From assembly GCA_964468345.1 (NCBI GenBank), contig CAYXVZ010000023.1, forward strand, positions 4,147 to 68,146: a stretch of 64,000 nt of DNA, given 5' to 3'. Source of the stretch: an uncultured Heliobacteriaceae bacterium (GTDB lineage: Bacteria > Acidobacteriota > Blastocatellia > RBC074). A program made the position numbers and the translations under genes. Shown here one piece after another: positions 42,652-52,343 of this stretch. A model generated the notes under the pieces. That model saw nothing but the letters and a program-made list of their open reading frames with translations. It had not been told where the DNA came from and made no database searches. Position 1 is the stretch's first letter. Every line of letters begins with the position of its first letter.

Positions 42652-43290
42652 CTATTCGGAAGCAAAAAAATCCGCCGGGATTTCATCCAGACGCGCGAAG
42701 ACCCAGTCCGCTTCGAGGTGCGGGTGCGTCGTCCGCACGCCGACCGAGCGCATGCCGGCGCGGCGCGCGGCTTCGATGCCGGCCGGGGCATCTTCGATGA
42801 CGATGCATTCCGCGGGCGGGGATTCCAGTTTTCGCGCCGCGGCGAGAAAGACGTCCGGCGCGGGTTTGCCGGCCGGAACTTCTTCGGCGGACATCACCGC
42901 GGCGAAGTATTTCGCGATGTCGAGCGCGGCGAAGACCGCATCGATATTGCCTCGCGGCGCCGAAGTGCCCAGCGCCTGCGGCACGCCGTCGGTTTTTAGT
43001 TTCGCCAGCCAGTGCGACGCGCCGGGCAATAATTCCAGCCCCTTGGTTCGCACCAGATGCCGATAGGCTTCTTCTTTTGCCAGCGAAAGGCGGGCGATTT
43101 CGCTCTCGGACAGATGCAATCCCACGCGTCCGCGCAGAATCTCATCGTTCCGCTTGCCGAAATCGGCCACATATTCTTCATACGTGATCGTGAATTTCTC
43201 GACCGCCATGATCTCCTGCCACGCTTCCCAGTGATACGCGGACGAGTCGATCAAGGTCCCATCCAAATCCCAAATGACCGCTTTTTTCAA
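42652..43290 (-). CDS. HAD family phosphatase (beta-PGM-like)
   Basis: [29 protein letters not shown]. Confidence 0.92.
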   Translation of the reverse strand: MKKAVIWDLDGTLIDSSAYHWEAWQEIMAVEKFTITYEEYVADFGKRNDEILRGRVGLHLSESEIARLSLAKEEAYRHLVRTKGLELLPGASHWLAKLKTDGVPQALGTSAPRGNIDAVFAALDIAKYFAAVMSAEEVPAGKPAPDVFLAAARKLESPPAECIVIEDAPAGIEAARRAGMRSVGVRTTHPHLEADWVFARLDEIPADFFASE

Positions 43291-43323
43291 TCAATGCCCT
43301 CTCAAAAGAATTCAAAATATTCA

Positions 43324-43404
43324 TCCACGAAGTCACACGAAGAGGCACGAAGAAGAAGAGAGCGCGTTCCGACTCCTTCGTGTCTCTTCATGTGACTTCG
43401 TGGA
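43324..43404. repeat. Palindromic element (cacgaag family)
   Basis: Arms 43324-43352/43376-43404, 27/29 complementary. Confidence 0.85.
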
Positions 43405-43421
43405 GGAGTTCTCTTCCGTCC

Positions 43422-44204
43422 CTATTTAATTGCAATCATAGGATGCCCGTTTACGGCTTGAATGAAAAGGCCGGTCATCACCGCGAAATATAGTGCGGCG
43501 AAGCTGATCGTCAGCAACACCGGCTGCTTTCCGATCCAATCGAAAAATGCGCCGGCGATCGGGAGCGCCTGCAGGGCGTGCAGGCCGATCGCGTGCGCGA
43601 TGCGCAGGTCGCCGCCCTGCGTGCTCCAGTTGGTCAGCGGCAAGCCGGGACCGCCATCCGGCACGCCGACGCTGTGCCTGAAAGAGGACGCCATATAACC
43701 GCCCTCGATGCTGCCGAACAGAAAAATCAGAAATCCCAGTCGAATGCCCCACAGCAATGCAGGCGAGGCATCGACCGGCGCGGAGAAAAAGAGATAGCCC
43801 ACATAGGCTGTCATGAGCGTGCTGAGGCCGATCAGCATTCCCATCAACGCAAAGATCATCCCATTCAAGGGCGTCGAGATGTTGAAATGCGAAGTCGTCC
43901 CGCGCGCTGACTGCACGAGGATCAAAACGATTTCGAGAAGCATGACCGCGACGCTTCCCCAGGCAATCCATGGAAGCTTTCCATGCTGTCCCTTGAGATA
44001 ACCGAACAGCCAGGCCAGCGTCCAGTGATAGATGGCGATCGAAACCGCGAATTTCATCGGCTTGATCCACCGGTTGATGCCGAGAACCTGCGTCGAATCC
44101 ACCATGGCCAAACCGCCAAGAATCGCGACCAGGATCAGATTCGCCAGGCCCGCCCAGGCCAGCAATGAATTTCTGCGCACCAGCTCGTGGCACAACTCGG
44201 TCAT
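43422..44204 (-). CDS. Uncharacterised membrane protein (ABA4/DUF4281-associated type)
   Basis: WIKPMKFA.S, SARGTTSHFN, GDLRIAH.IGLHALQ; ATG overlaps the ABA4 stop. Confidence 0.8.
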   Translation of the reverse strand: MTELCHELVRRNSLLAWAGLANLILVAILGGLAMVDSTQVLGINRWIKPMKFAVSIAIYHWTLAWLFGYLKGQHGKLPWIAWGSVAVMLLEIVLILVQSARGTTSHFNISTPLNGMIFALMGMLIGLSTLMTAYVGYLFFSAPVDASPALLWGIRLGFLIFLFGSIEGGYMASSFRHSVGVPDGGPGLPLTNWSTQGGDLRIAHAIGLHALQALPIAGAFFDWIGKQPVLLTISFAALYFAVMTGLFIQAVNGHPMIAIK

Positions 44205-44632
44205 GATTCCCTCGCCTCCGTTATTCGATGTTTCAGGCTTACAAGGTTGTATAGAAGAAAACCGATCGGCCCGAATAGAAAGGTCAGCAGCAGACACGGA
44301 ATCACCAGCCAATGCGAAAGCCCGTTCCGTTGCGCATCGCGCAGTTCCCAACTGCCCACGAAAAGATCGAACACCAGGTAATGCACCCAGCCCGCCAGCA
44401 GCACCCAGTCGTTGCGAAAGAGCTTCGCCACCTCGGCCAGCGAGCCGAATCCTCCTTCGGTCCGCCCGAAGGTCGTCACAATCAGGACGAGATAGACAAG
44501 GGACAGGAGCAGCGGAATCAATCCCGACAGCACGATGCGCGCCGTCCATCGCCACCGCGGAAGCACGATCATCAAAATCCAGCCGAGCATCGCCGTGAGA
44601 TTCGCAATCGAAAACAGTTGTTCAGGGGTCAT
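44201..44632 (-). CDS. ABA4-like (DUF4281) membrane protein
   Basis: GW.LMI.LPRW, LAGWVHYLVFDLFVG, CL.LTFLFGP.G.LLY. Confidence 0.9.
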   Translation of the reverse strand: MTPEQLFSIANLTAMLGWILMIVLPRWRWTARIVLSGLIPLLLSLVYLVLIVTTFGRTEGGFGSLAEVAKLFRNDWVLLAGWVHYLVFDLFVGSWELRDAQRNGLSHWLVIPCLLLTFLFGPIGFLLYNLVSLKHRITEARES

Positions 44633-44650
44633 TGGGTTTCCTTTCGTTTT

Positions 44651-44725
44651 GCCACTGAGGCACAGAGGCACAGAGATAAAGACAAGTTCTGCCAGCCTTT
44701 CTCCGTGTCTCTGTGCCTCTGTGGC
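44651..44725. repeat. Palindromic element (ccacagag family) inside an operon
   Basis: Arms 44651-44675/44701-44725. Confidence 0.8.
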
Positions 44726-44728
44726 CTA

Positions 44729-45799
44729 TCATCTGTTTCTCGCCTCATCAAGCGCGATATACGCATTGACGCGCAGGCCGAGCGGCAGCAAATTGCCCGC
44801 GTCGAGTTCGATCAATGTTTCGAGAATTTTGGTATCGACCTTTTCCGCCGGATCGTCCGTGCGGACATTTTTCTTGCCGAGCACCTGTCCGATGCGAACG
44901 ACCTTGCCCGCAAAGCGCCGGTCGCCGAAAGCGTCGGCCGTGACATAGGCCGCCTGGCCGACCTGCAGCCGGGCGACATCGACTTCATCGACATCGACGC
45001 GCACGCGCAGCACGGAGCTATCCGCCAGGGTAACGATCGGCTGGCTGGCCCCGACCTGCGAACTCATCGCGCTCTCGCCCGTTTTCAAATGCTTGCGCAG
45101 AATCACGCCATCCAGGGGCGAGCGCACGACGGTTTTGTCGAGCATCGCGCGCGCCTCGGCAATCTGGGCGCGGGCGAGTTCGATTTCGGCCTGGGCGCGG
45201 GCGACGTCCTCTTCGCGCGCGGCGGCATCGACAAAGGAATGCCGCTGGCGGGCGGCTTCATAACGCGCCGTTGCAACCTCGAATTGCCTTTCGGCGCGCT
45301 CGACTTCTTCGCGGGCGATGTCGCCCGTTCGGTGCAGCGAGCGGCGGCGCTCCATTTCGTTTTTCGCATTGAGCATCGTCGCTTCCGATTCGCGAATCGC
45401 GGCGAAGGCTTCGCGGCGTTCCTGGTCGCGCGCGCCGTTCACCGTGCGGCGGAGTTCGGCTTCTTTCTGCTGCAATCGCGCTTCGGCCGAGGCGAGGCGC
45501 GCGCGAAAATCCGCGTCTTCGAGGACGGCAATGATCTGTCCGCGGCGGATGCGATCGCCTTCTTCGACCGGCACCGATTTCAGTTTTCCCGTGATCTCGG
45601 CATTGATGCGGATCTCTTCGGACACCGGCTCCACCCGGCCGGGCGCGGTGATGACTTTTTTGGCGGTGTCCGCCGGCGCCACGGCCTGTGTTGCACTCGC
45701 CGTTTCCTTCGGCCGCTTTCGTTCGGCGGAGATTCCCCAGAATACGGCGGTCGATAAAAGAACAAGAATCACACCTGCATAAACGATTCTCTTTTTCAT
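44729..45799 (-). CDS. HlyD-family membrane fusion protein (DevB-like)
   Basis: N-terminal TM, APGRVEP, V.EGD.I..GQ, coiled coil, VRSPLDGVI. Confidence 0.88.
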   Translation of the reverse strand: MKKRIVYAGVILVLLSTAVFWGISAERKRPKETASATQAVAPADTAKKVITAPGRVEPVSEEIRINAEITGKLKSVPVEEGDRIRRGQIIAVLEDADFRARLASAEARLQQKEAELRRTVNGARDQERREAFAAIRESEATMLNAKNEMERRRSLHRTGDIAREEVERAERQFEVATARYEAARQRHSFVDAAAREEDVARAQAEIELARAQIAEARAMLDKTVVRSPLDGVILRKHLKTGESAMSSQVGASQPIVTLADSSVLRVRVDVDEVDVARLQVGQAAYVTADAFGDRRFAGKVVRIGQVLGKKNVRTDDPAEKVDTKILETLIELDAGNLLPLGLRVNAYIALDEARNR

Positions 45800-46485
45800 A
45801 TTTCTCCCTCTTTCTCCCTGATCTTTCCATCTTCGATATGAACGATTCGATCGGCGTAACTCAATGCGCGGTTGTCGTGCGTCACGATCACGACGGCGCG
45901 ATTCCGCTCGTGCGCAAGCTCGCGCAGCAGTTCGAGCACGGTGCGCCCGCTGTGCGAATCGAGCGCGGCCGTGGGCTCATCGGCCAGAATGATCTGCGGA
46001 TCGCCCGCCAGCGCGCGGGCAATCGCCACGCGCTGTTTCTGTCCGCCGCTCAGGTTTTCGGGCAGTTGCCGCACTTTCTCTTTCAGGCCGACCCGATCGA
46101 GCAGCGCGACCGCCTGCCGGCCGGCTTCGCGGCCGCGAATGCCTTTGAGGTCGAGCGCGATCTCGACGTTTTCCTGCACGGTCAGCGCGGGAAACAGATT
46201 GAAGCCTTGAAAGATAAAGCCGATACGATCGAGCCGCACGCGCGGCAATTGCGTTTCGCGCAATTGTTCGACCGGCTCGCCCTGAATTTTGATCTTCCCC
46301 GACGACGGCCGCAGGATGCAGCCCATAATCGAAAGCAGCGTGGTTTTGCCGCTGCCCGACGGCCCCATCAGAAAAACGACTTCGCCGGGATGCGCCTTGA
46401 AATTCACGCGATCGAGCGCATGCACGGCCGCCGCGCCTGTGGCATAGGTCTTGGTGACGTTGTTGACTTCGATTGCTGCGTTCAT
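45796..46485 (-). CDS. ABC transporter ATP-binding protein (DevA/MacB-like)
   Basis: GPSGSGKT, LSGGQKQRVAIARAL, ILADEPTAALDS, VTHD. Confidence 0.93.
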   Translation of the reverse strand: MNAAIEVNNVTKTYATGAAAVHALDRVNFKAHPGEVVFLMGPSGSGKTTLLSIMGCILRPSSGKIKIQGEPVEQLRETQLPRVRLDRIGFIFQGFNLFPALTVQENVEIALDLKGIRGREAGRQAVALLDRVGLKEKVRQLPENLSGGQKQRVAIARALAGDPQIILADEPTAALDSHSGRTVLELLRELAHERNRAVVIVTHDNRALSYADRIVHIEDGKIREKEGEI

Positions 46486-46493
46486 ACTTTCTT

Positions 46494-47618
46494 TTATCCT
46501 TTGAACACCATCGCCGGATCGATCCGCGTGATCTTGTTGATCGACACCATCGAGGCGCCAATGCACATCAGCATCGTCAAGCCGAGCAGGCCGGCGATCG
46601 CCGCTCCCGGCAGGATGATCGCCGTCGTTCCCTGCAGGCTGCCCTGTGAGACGACCAGGCTCACGCTCATCCCGATGGCGTATCCGATCAATCCGCTGAT
46701 CGTGGCCTGCTTGATAATGACGCGATAGATGTAACCGTTCGACGCGCCCATCGCCTTGAGCGTTCCGTATTCGCGGATGTGATCCATCGTCGAGGCATAA
46801 ATCGTCTGCGCCACGACCACGATGCCGACCAGCAGGCCCAGGCCCGCCGCAATCAACACCGTCACGCCCGCGCCCGTCCCGAACAGCCAATAGGCCGCCT
46901 GCTTCCGGCTGAATTCGGCCGCGGTATACACATCGACTTCCTGCACGCGGGATTCGATCTCGCGCTTGACCGCCTGCAGATCCGCGCCGGGCGCGGCTTT
47001 CACCAGCAGATACATCGTCTGGTCTTCGCGAAGCCCCGCATAATTCTGTGAGTTTTTGAAAGAGGTGAACACGGCCGGCGAAGTCGTGAACGTGCGAATG
47101 CCGTTCGTGAAGCCGACGACCCGCGCGCGATAGCCGCGGATCTCCACGACCTGGCCGAGTTGCGTCACGCCGAGTTTCTTTTGATAGAGCCGATCGATGA
47201 TCACGGCGTCGGGCTCTTTCAGTTCGGCGAGATTCCCTTCGACCAGATTCCATGGGGCTCCCATTTCACTGTCGAGGTTGTAACCGACCAGCAGAATCCC
47301 TTCCTGCGCGCCATTGGGCTTTTTCCATTGGCCGAAACCGGCCATATGCTTTTCGACCCGCGCCACGCCGGGCGCGGCCATCACCTGATAGTATTTCGTC
47401 TCTGAAAAGGGCACGGCCGTTTCGAGATGCGTCACGCCTTTCGAGAGCACCCACAGATCGGCATTCGAATGATCGATCAGATCCGATGTCGCCCGCATAA
47501 AGCCGAAAAACAATCCGAGCTGCACCGAGGTCAGCACCACCGAAAACACGATGCCGACGAGCGTCACGGTCAGCCGCACCCGGTCATGCAATAAATTCCG
47601 AATCGCGAGAGATGCCAT
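46494..47618 (-). CDS. ABC transporter permease (DevC/FtsX-like)
   Basis: A.RNLLHD..R, NADLWV, EYGTLKAMGA, RIDPA.VF. Confidence 0.9.
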   Translation of the reverse strand: MASLAIRNLLHDRVRLTVTLVGIVFSVVLTSVQLGLFFGFMRATSDLIDHSNADLWVLSKGVTHLETAVPFSETKYYQVMAAPGVARVEKHMAGFGQWKKPNGAQEGILLVGYNLDSEMGAPWNLVEGNLAELKEPDAVIIDRLYQKKLGVTQLGQVVEIRGYRARVVGFTNGIRTFTTSPAVFTSFKNSQNYAGLREDQTMYLLVKAAPGADLQAVKREIESRVQEVDVYTAAEFSRKQAAYWLFGTGAGVTVLIAAGLGLLVGIVVVAQTIYASTMDHIREYGTLKAMGASNGYIYRVIIKQATISGLIGYAIGMSVSLVVSQGSLQGTTAIILPGAAIAGLLGLTMLMCIGASMVSINKITRIDPAMVFKG

Positions 47619-47648
47619 GTTTGCCTTTCCAGGATGAATCCGACGGCA

Positions 47649-47694
47649 ACAGAAAAATTGCGGACAGAAAAATGAGGTTCATTTTTCTGTCCGC
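47649..47694. repeat. Palindromic element (acagaaaaat family)
   Basis: Perfect 16-bp arms 47660-47675/47679-47694. Confidence 0.8.
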
Positions 47695-47698
47695 CTTC

Positions 47699-48742
47699 TC
47701 ACGCAGCCCGCTCAGCATGCGCAGGCAATCCCGTCCCCGCCCGCGGCAGCATTTCCATTTGGCGGAACCAGGCAATCTCATCGCGCAGGGTTTCCGACAG
47801 CGGCCGGAAGCTCGCGCCGAGTTCGCGAATGGCCTTGCGGGAATCGAGGTCGAGTTTGGCCAGGATGATTTCGACGCCTGCTTTCGGCGCAAGCGGCGGC
47901 TGGCCCGTAAAGCGGCTGACCAGCTCCGAGCCGAAAGAGACCATGCGCATCATCGCTGCCGGCGCGGGAAGCCTGGGCGCAGGAACGCCGGAGACGTTTT
48001 CGAGAAGCCCGAAGACCTCGGCCATCGAATGATATTTTCCCCCGACGATGTAGCGTTCTCCGCTGCGCCCTTTTTCGACCGCGGCGATCATGGCCTGCGC
48101 CACATCGCGCGCATCGACAATGGCGCTGCCGCCCGCGAGCACGCCCGGCAGTTTGCGCTTCATAAAATCGAGAATCAGTTGCCCCGCACTGGTCGGCGCG
48201 GCATCCCATGGCCCATAAATCCAGCCGGGCAGAATCAGAACCACGGGCAATTTGTGTCCCGCGAGAAAGCGCTGCACCGCCTCTTCAGAAAGCCGCTTGC
48301 TCTTGACATACAAATTCGATTCGCTGACGCGGCTGGCCGGCGCGTTTTCGTTGCCCGGCGAACCGTCCGGCATCCGCCCGATGAAGCCCGACGAACTGAC
48401 ATAGATCGCCTTTTTCACTCCCTGCCACTCGGCCTGGGTCAGTAACTGAATCGTGCCGTCGATATTGATTGCCTGCAATTGCTGCCAGTGATCGCGCGGC
48501 TGGAAATACTCGCGAAAGTACGCCGCCGTATGAAAGAGCGCGTCGCAGCCTTCCATCGCGGGAGCGAACTCTCCGACCGCCGTCATATCGCCCTCGACCA
48601 GTTCGACATTCACGCCTGCGAGCACGCGCGCCGCCTTTTCTTTCGAGCGCACCAGGGCCTTGATCTCCCATCCCCGCGCCGCCAGCGCCCGAATCAGGTT
48701 GTTGCCGAGCATGCCGGTCGCGCCGGTTACAAATGCCTTCAT
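47699..48742 (-). CDS. Extended SDR / NAD-dependent epimerase (dihydroflavonol reductase/HpnA-like)
   Basis: VTGATGMLG, FHTAA, YVKSK, PGWIYGP. Confidence 0.88.
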   Translation of the reverse strand: MKAFVTGATGMLGNNLIRALAARGWEIKALVRSKEKAARVLAGVNVELVEGDMTAVGEFAPAMEGCDALFHTAAYFREYFQPRDHWQQLQAINIDGTIQLLTQAEWQGVKKAIYVSSSGFIGRMPDGSPGNENAPASRVSESNLYVKSKRLSEEAVQRFLAGHKLPVVLILPGWIYGPWDAAPTSAGQLILDFMKRKLPGVLAGGSAIVDARDVAQAMIAAVEKGRSGERYIVGGKYHSMAEVFGLLENVSGVPAPRLPAPAAMMRMVSFGSELVSRFTGQPPLAPKAGVEIILAKLDLDSRKAIRELGASFRPLSETLRDEIAWFRQMEMLPRAGTGLPAHAERAA

Positions 48743-48758
48743 GATTTCTCCCTCCTCT

Positions 48759-49214
48759 TTAGTTATTCATCTTGATTTCGATCGTCATCGCATCTTCCGT
48801 GAGCTGAAACTTCGCTTCGTCGAAACGCGGCGCCCGCAAGCGAGCCTTCGGATTCATCGACGCTCCAAAGCCCTCTTTCGGAATGCCCAGGAAATTCGTG
48901 TCCAGCTTCTGGTTCCCGTTCTCGTCGTGCAGCACCGAGACGGCGTACGTACCCGGCGCAAGCTTGTTGAACACCACCGTCGCCGTGCCGTTTTTGATTT
49001 CGACTTCATCGCGCCGAAAGGCCTTGTCATCCTCCGACGGAAAACCCGCCGGCGCCTGAAACAACGCCGCGCGCAGCTTTCCCTGGTCGCTGCGAATCCC
49101 CGTCACCTTCACCGTCAGCTTCTTCGTCCCCGCGCTCTGTCCCTTCGTCACGGCCGGCGCCATCACCATTGCGGCCAGCAAAACCACCACAGCTTTCATC
49201 ATCGTTTTCTTCAT
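48759..49214 (-). CDS. DUF2141 family secreted protein
   Basis: PGTYAVSVLHDENGN.KLD.NFLGIPKEGFGAS.N. Confidence 0.9.
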   Translation of the reverse strand: MKKTMMKAVVVLLAAMVMAPAVTKGQSAGTKKLTVKVTGIRSDQGKLRAALFQAPAGFPSEDDKAFRRDEVEIKNGTATVVFNKLAPGTYAVSVLHDENGNQKLDTNFLGIPKEGFGASMNPKARLRAPRFDEAKFQLTEDAMTIEIKMNN

Positions 49215-49257
49215 TGTTTTTCTCCTGTTTGATTTCCCCTTAACACTCATTAGCTAG

Positions 49258-49270
49258 TTAACACTGTAAA
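49258..49270. promoter_or_regulatory. Putative TetR operator (TTAACACTGTAAA)
   Basis: Near match to the perfect dyad at 49916-49930; lies upstream of the DUF2141 operon. Confidence 0.55.
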
Positions 49271-49289
49271 GCATGAAGGCAAAAAATTT

Positions 49290-49904
49290 TCAGGCTTTCA
49301 GGCCTGCAATCAAAGTATCGACGAGATGTTCGATGAGCATTTCCTTCGGCGCCCATGGAAAATCCTTGTTCGTAATCAGCAGCGATGTGATGCCGTGCAA
49401 CGTGGCCCATAAAGCCTGTGCAGTCATCTCAACGCTTGGGGTGCGAATCAGTCCGTGGGTGGCGCATTCGGCCACGATCTCCACGAGAAAAGCGAAGGCG
49501 CGCTCGCCCATCGAGCCTTCAAAACCGTGCTCGCTGTCCTCCGGGATCAAATGATCGAGCGGCAGAATAAAAGTGACGCGATAATGATCGGGATGTTTCA
49601 ATCCGAAATGAATATACGCCAGGCATCCCTGCCGCATGCATTCCATCGGATTGCCGCCCTTTTCTTTGATCTGTTCCAGCCGCTGCACCAGTTTCGCAAA
49701 GGTTTCTTCCGTCAACTGGTGAAGCAATTCCGCCTTGTCCTTGAAATACAGATAAATCGTCGTCGGCGAATATTCGATCTTCTCGGCGATCTTTCGCATC
49801 GAGACGCTCTCATAGCCCTCATTGACAAACAACTCGCGCGCCGCGTCCAGAATCTCCTGCCGCAGATTTTCCTTTTCCCGCTTTCGGCGCTCTTTGACTC
49901 CCAT
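49290..49904 (-). CDS. TetR/AcrR family regulator
   Basis: ILDAARELF..EGYE.VSMRKIA.KIEYSPTTIYLYFKDK; C-terminal WxxLHG. Confidence 0.93.
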   Translation of the reverse strand: MGVKERRKREKENLRQEILDAARELFVNEGYESVSMRKIAEKIEYSPTTIYLYFKDKAELLHQLTEETFAKLVQRLEQIKEKGGNPMECMRQGCLAYIHFGLKHPDHYRVTFILPLDHLIPEDSEHGFEGSMGERAFAFLVEIVAECATHGLIRTPSVEMTAQALWATLHGITSLLITNKDFPWAPKEMLIEHLVDTLIAGLKA

Positions 49905-49915
49905 CGCTCTTTTCG

Positions 49916-49930
49916 CTTAACACCGTTAAG
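49916..49930. promoter_or_regulatory. Putative TetR auto-operator CTTAAC-ACC-GTTAAG
   Basis: Perfect 6-bp dyad 11 nt upstream of the tetR ATG. Confidence 0.6.
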
Positions 49931-50021
49931 TATATGCACGATCGAAGACGCGTCAAGCGGAAATTTTCGAAAATTGACAGGTTTGAATGCAGCGTGCTAG
50001 CTTCGCCGCGTTCTAAACGCA

Positions 50022-50972
50022 ATGATGACAGCAGTAGAAAACATTGAAGAGTCGATCCGGCAGCGGGGCGCGGTGCGAACCTATGTGGAATATGGCATCG
50101 CGTGGGTGATCCTGCATACGGTGAGTCTGTTGCCGCGATCGCTGGCGATTCGCGCGGGCTATGCGGTGGGAAGCCTTGCGCGTCGCGTCCTGCCGCACCT
50201 GGACGAGCACGCCGAAATCAACCTGCGGATCGCGCTGCCGGAGCTGGAGGCGGAGGAGCGGGCGCGGATCAAGCGAAACGTCTTTCGAAACCTGGGCCGG
50301 CTGCTCGGCGAGATCAGCCAGTTCCCGCGCTTGAATCGCGAGAAGATCGCGTCGATCGTCGTGTATGAAGGGCTGGAGAATTACAAACAGGCCGTGGCGT
50401 CGGGGCGGGGCGTGATTTTATTGACCGGCCATATCGGCGCCTGGGAGCTGTCGGTCTTCGCGCATTCGATCTATGGCTATCCGATGTCCTTTCTCAAACG
50501 CAATGTCGATAATCCGCTGGTCGAAGCGCTGGCGGAAAGCTATCGTTCGCGTTTCGGCAATCGCAGCATCGACAAGAAAAACTCCATTCGCGAAGTATTG
50601 AAAACTCTCAAAGCGGGCGGCGTGGTCGGCATTCTGGCGGATCTGAACGCTTCGCGCGAAGAAGGCGTCTTCGTGGATTTCTTCGGCCGGCCGGCCTGCA
50701 CGACCGCGGGCGTGGCGACGCTGGCCCTGCGAACCGGCGCGGTGGTCCTGCCCGGTTATCTGCTCTGGGATGAAAAGGCGCAGATTCACCGGCTGCATTT
50801 CGAAGCGCCCGTCGAGACGATCGACACCGGAAATCAAAAAGAAGACGTCATCACGAACACGGCCCGCTACGCGAAAGTCCTCGAATCCATCATTCGCCGC
50901 CATCCCGATCAATGGCTCTGGATCCATCGCCGCTGGAAAACCCGGCCGGAAGGGGAAGCGGACCTGTATTGA
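50022..50972 (+). CDS. Lipid A acyltransferase (LpxL/HtrB family)
   Basis: GHIGAWE (HxxxxE/D), ILADLN, DFFG.PA, PDQWLW.HRRWK; upstream of lpxB. Confidence 0.85.
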   Translation: MMTAVENIEESIRQRGAVRTYVEYGIAWVILHTVSLLPRSLAIRAGYAVGSLARRVLPHLDEHAEINLRIALPELEAEERARIKRNVFRNLGRLLGEISQFPRLNREKIASIVVYEGLENYKQAVASGRGVILLTGHIGAWELSVFAHSIYGYPMSFLKRNVDNPLVEALAESYRSRFGNRSIDKKNSIREVLKTLKAGGVVGILADLNASREEGVFVDFFGRPACTTAGVATLALRTGAVVLPGYLLWDEKAQIHRLHFEAPVETIDTGNQKEDVITNTARYAKVLESIIRRHPDQWLWIHRRWKTRPEGEADLY

Positions 50973-51113
50973 TTGCGGATTGCGGAATCTTTGATTGCGG
51001 ACTGCGGATTGCGGATTTTCTTGCCCAGATCTGTAACAAAAACCGACTTTTCAACCTTTACCAGCGGCTTATCAATGACGAATTCCGCAATCCGCAATCC
51101 GCAATCCGCAATT
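50969..51113. repeat. ttgcgga/atccgca heptamer hairpin element spanning the lpxL stop and lpxB start
   Basis: Left arms 50969-51016; right arm 51081-51113. Confidence 0.88.
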
Positions 51114-52235
51114 CCACTCTTGCTCGTGGCCGGCGAAGCCTCCGGCGACAAGCACGGCGCGAAATTGGTTTCGGCCTTGCGGGCCTTGCGCCCCGAGTGG
51201 TCCTTTGAGTTTTTCGGCGCGGGCGGGGACGAGATGCGCGCGGTCGGCGTCGAGACGCTGGTCGATTCGCGCGAAGTCGCCATTATGGGCGCGCTCGAAG
51301 TCGCCAAGGCATTGCCCAAATTCCTGCGCGTGTTCAAACGCCTGCGCGAATCGGCGAACGAGCGAAAGCCCGCGCTGGTCGTGCTGATCGACTGGCCCGA
51401 ATTCAATCTGCGCCTCGCGAAAAAGCTGCATCGCGACGGGCATCGCGTGGTCTATTACATCAGCCCGCAGCTCTGGGCCTGGCGAAGCTATCGCGTCAAC
51501 ATCGTCAAGCGCTTCATCGAGCGGATGCTCGTCATTCTTCCCTTCGAAAAAGAATATTACGAGGGCCACGGCGTCGAGGTGGACTATGTGGGCCATCCGC
51601 TGCTCGACAGCGTGCGGGTCACGAAGTCGAAAGAAGCGTTCTGCGCGGAATACGGATTGGACGCGGGGCGGCCGATGGTGGCGCTGTTGCCGGGCAGCCG
51701 GCATACGGAATTGAAATACATTTTGCCGCCGCTGCTCGATGCGGCGCGATTGCTGGAAGCGAGCGCGCCCGAAGTGCAATGCATTCTGCCGCTCGCCGGC
51801 ACCTTTCATCGCGAAGAAGTCGCGGGCGCGCCGGCCGGCTTGCGGATCGTCGAGCGCGATACGTACAACGCCGTCGCCGCGGCGGATCTGGCCGCGGTCG
51901 CAAGCGGAACGGCGACGCTGGAAACGGCGATCCTCGGCACGCCGCTGATCGTCGTCTATCGCGCGTCTTCGCTGAACTGGCGGATCTTTCATCCCATGAT
52001 CAACGTGCCGTATGTCGGGATGCCCAATCTGATCGCGGGCCGCGAAATCGCGCCGGAACTCCTGCAGGACGCCCTGACCGGCGAACAGCTCAGCCGGACG
52101 ATTCTCGCCTTCCTTCGCAATCCCGCCCGCCTCGCACAGGCCCGCGCCGATATGCAGGAAGTGAAAGCCAAACTCGGCCGCGCACAGGCCTCTCAGCGCG
52201 CGGCCGAGCGGATTGTTGGCTTGATTGAAAAGTAG
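51075..52235 (+). CDS. lpxB: Lipid-A-disaccharide synthase
   Basis: VAGEASGD.HG, IDWPEFN, YYISPQLWAWR, YVGHPL, LLPGSR, SGTATLE. Confidence 0.95.
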   Translation: MTNSAIRNPQSAIPLLLVAGEASGDKHGAKLVSALRALRPEWSFEFFGAGGDEMRAVGVETLVDSREVAIMGALEVAKALPKFLRVFKRLRESANERKPALVVLIDWPEFNLRLAKKLHRDGHRVVYYISPQLWAWRSYRVNIVKRFIERMLVILPFEKEYYEGHGVEVDYVGHPLLDSVRVTKSKEAFCAEYGLDAGRPMVALLPGSRHTELKYILPPLLDAARLLEASAPEVQCILPLAGTFHREEVAGAPAGLRIVERDTYNAVAAADLAAVASGTATLETAILGTPLIVVYRASSLNWRIFHPMINVPYVGMPNLIAGREIAPELLQDALTGEQLSRTILAFLRNPARLAQARADMQEVKAKLGRAQASQRAAERIVGLIEK

Positions 52236-52250
52236 CGGCTGAAAAGCGGC

Positions 52251-52331
52251 GAGGGGCGAGGGGCGAGTGAAAAGCTCCATAGAAAGCGAGCGTTGTAATA
52301 CGCGAAGCGTTTCACTCGCCCCTCGCCCCTC
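52251..52331. repeat. Palindromic element with perfect 22-bp arms (ggggcga family)
   Basis: 52251-52272/52310-52331 between convergent genes. Confidence 0.88.
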
Positions 52332-52343
52332 ACCTCTCCCCCC

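Noticed and set aside
44205-44555. 5' extension of the 43422 ORF
   Set aside because: It overlaps the ABA4 gene. ATG 44204 overlaps the ABA4 stop, which is typical translational coupling.
50973-51074. Longer LpxB start (MRIAESLIADCGLR...)
   Set aside because: It is a TTG inside the repeat's left arm right after the lpxL stop. ATG 51075 gives a normal-length LpxB, although the longer form cannot be fully excluded.
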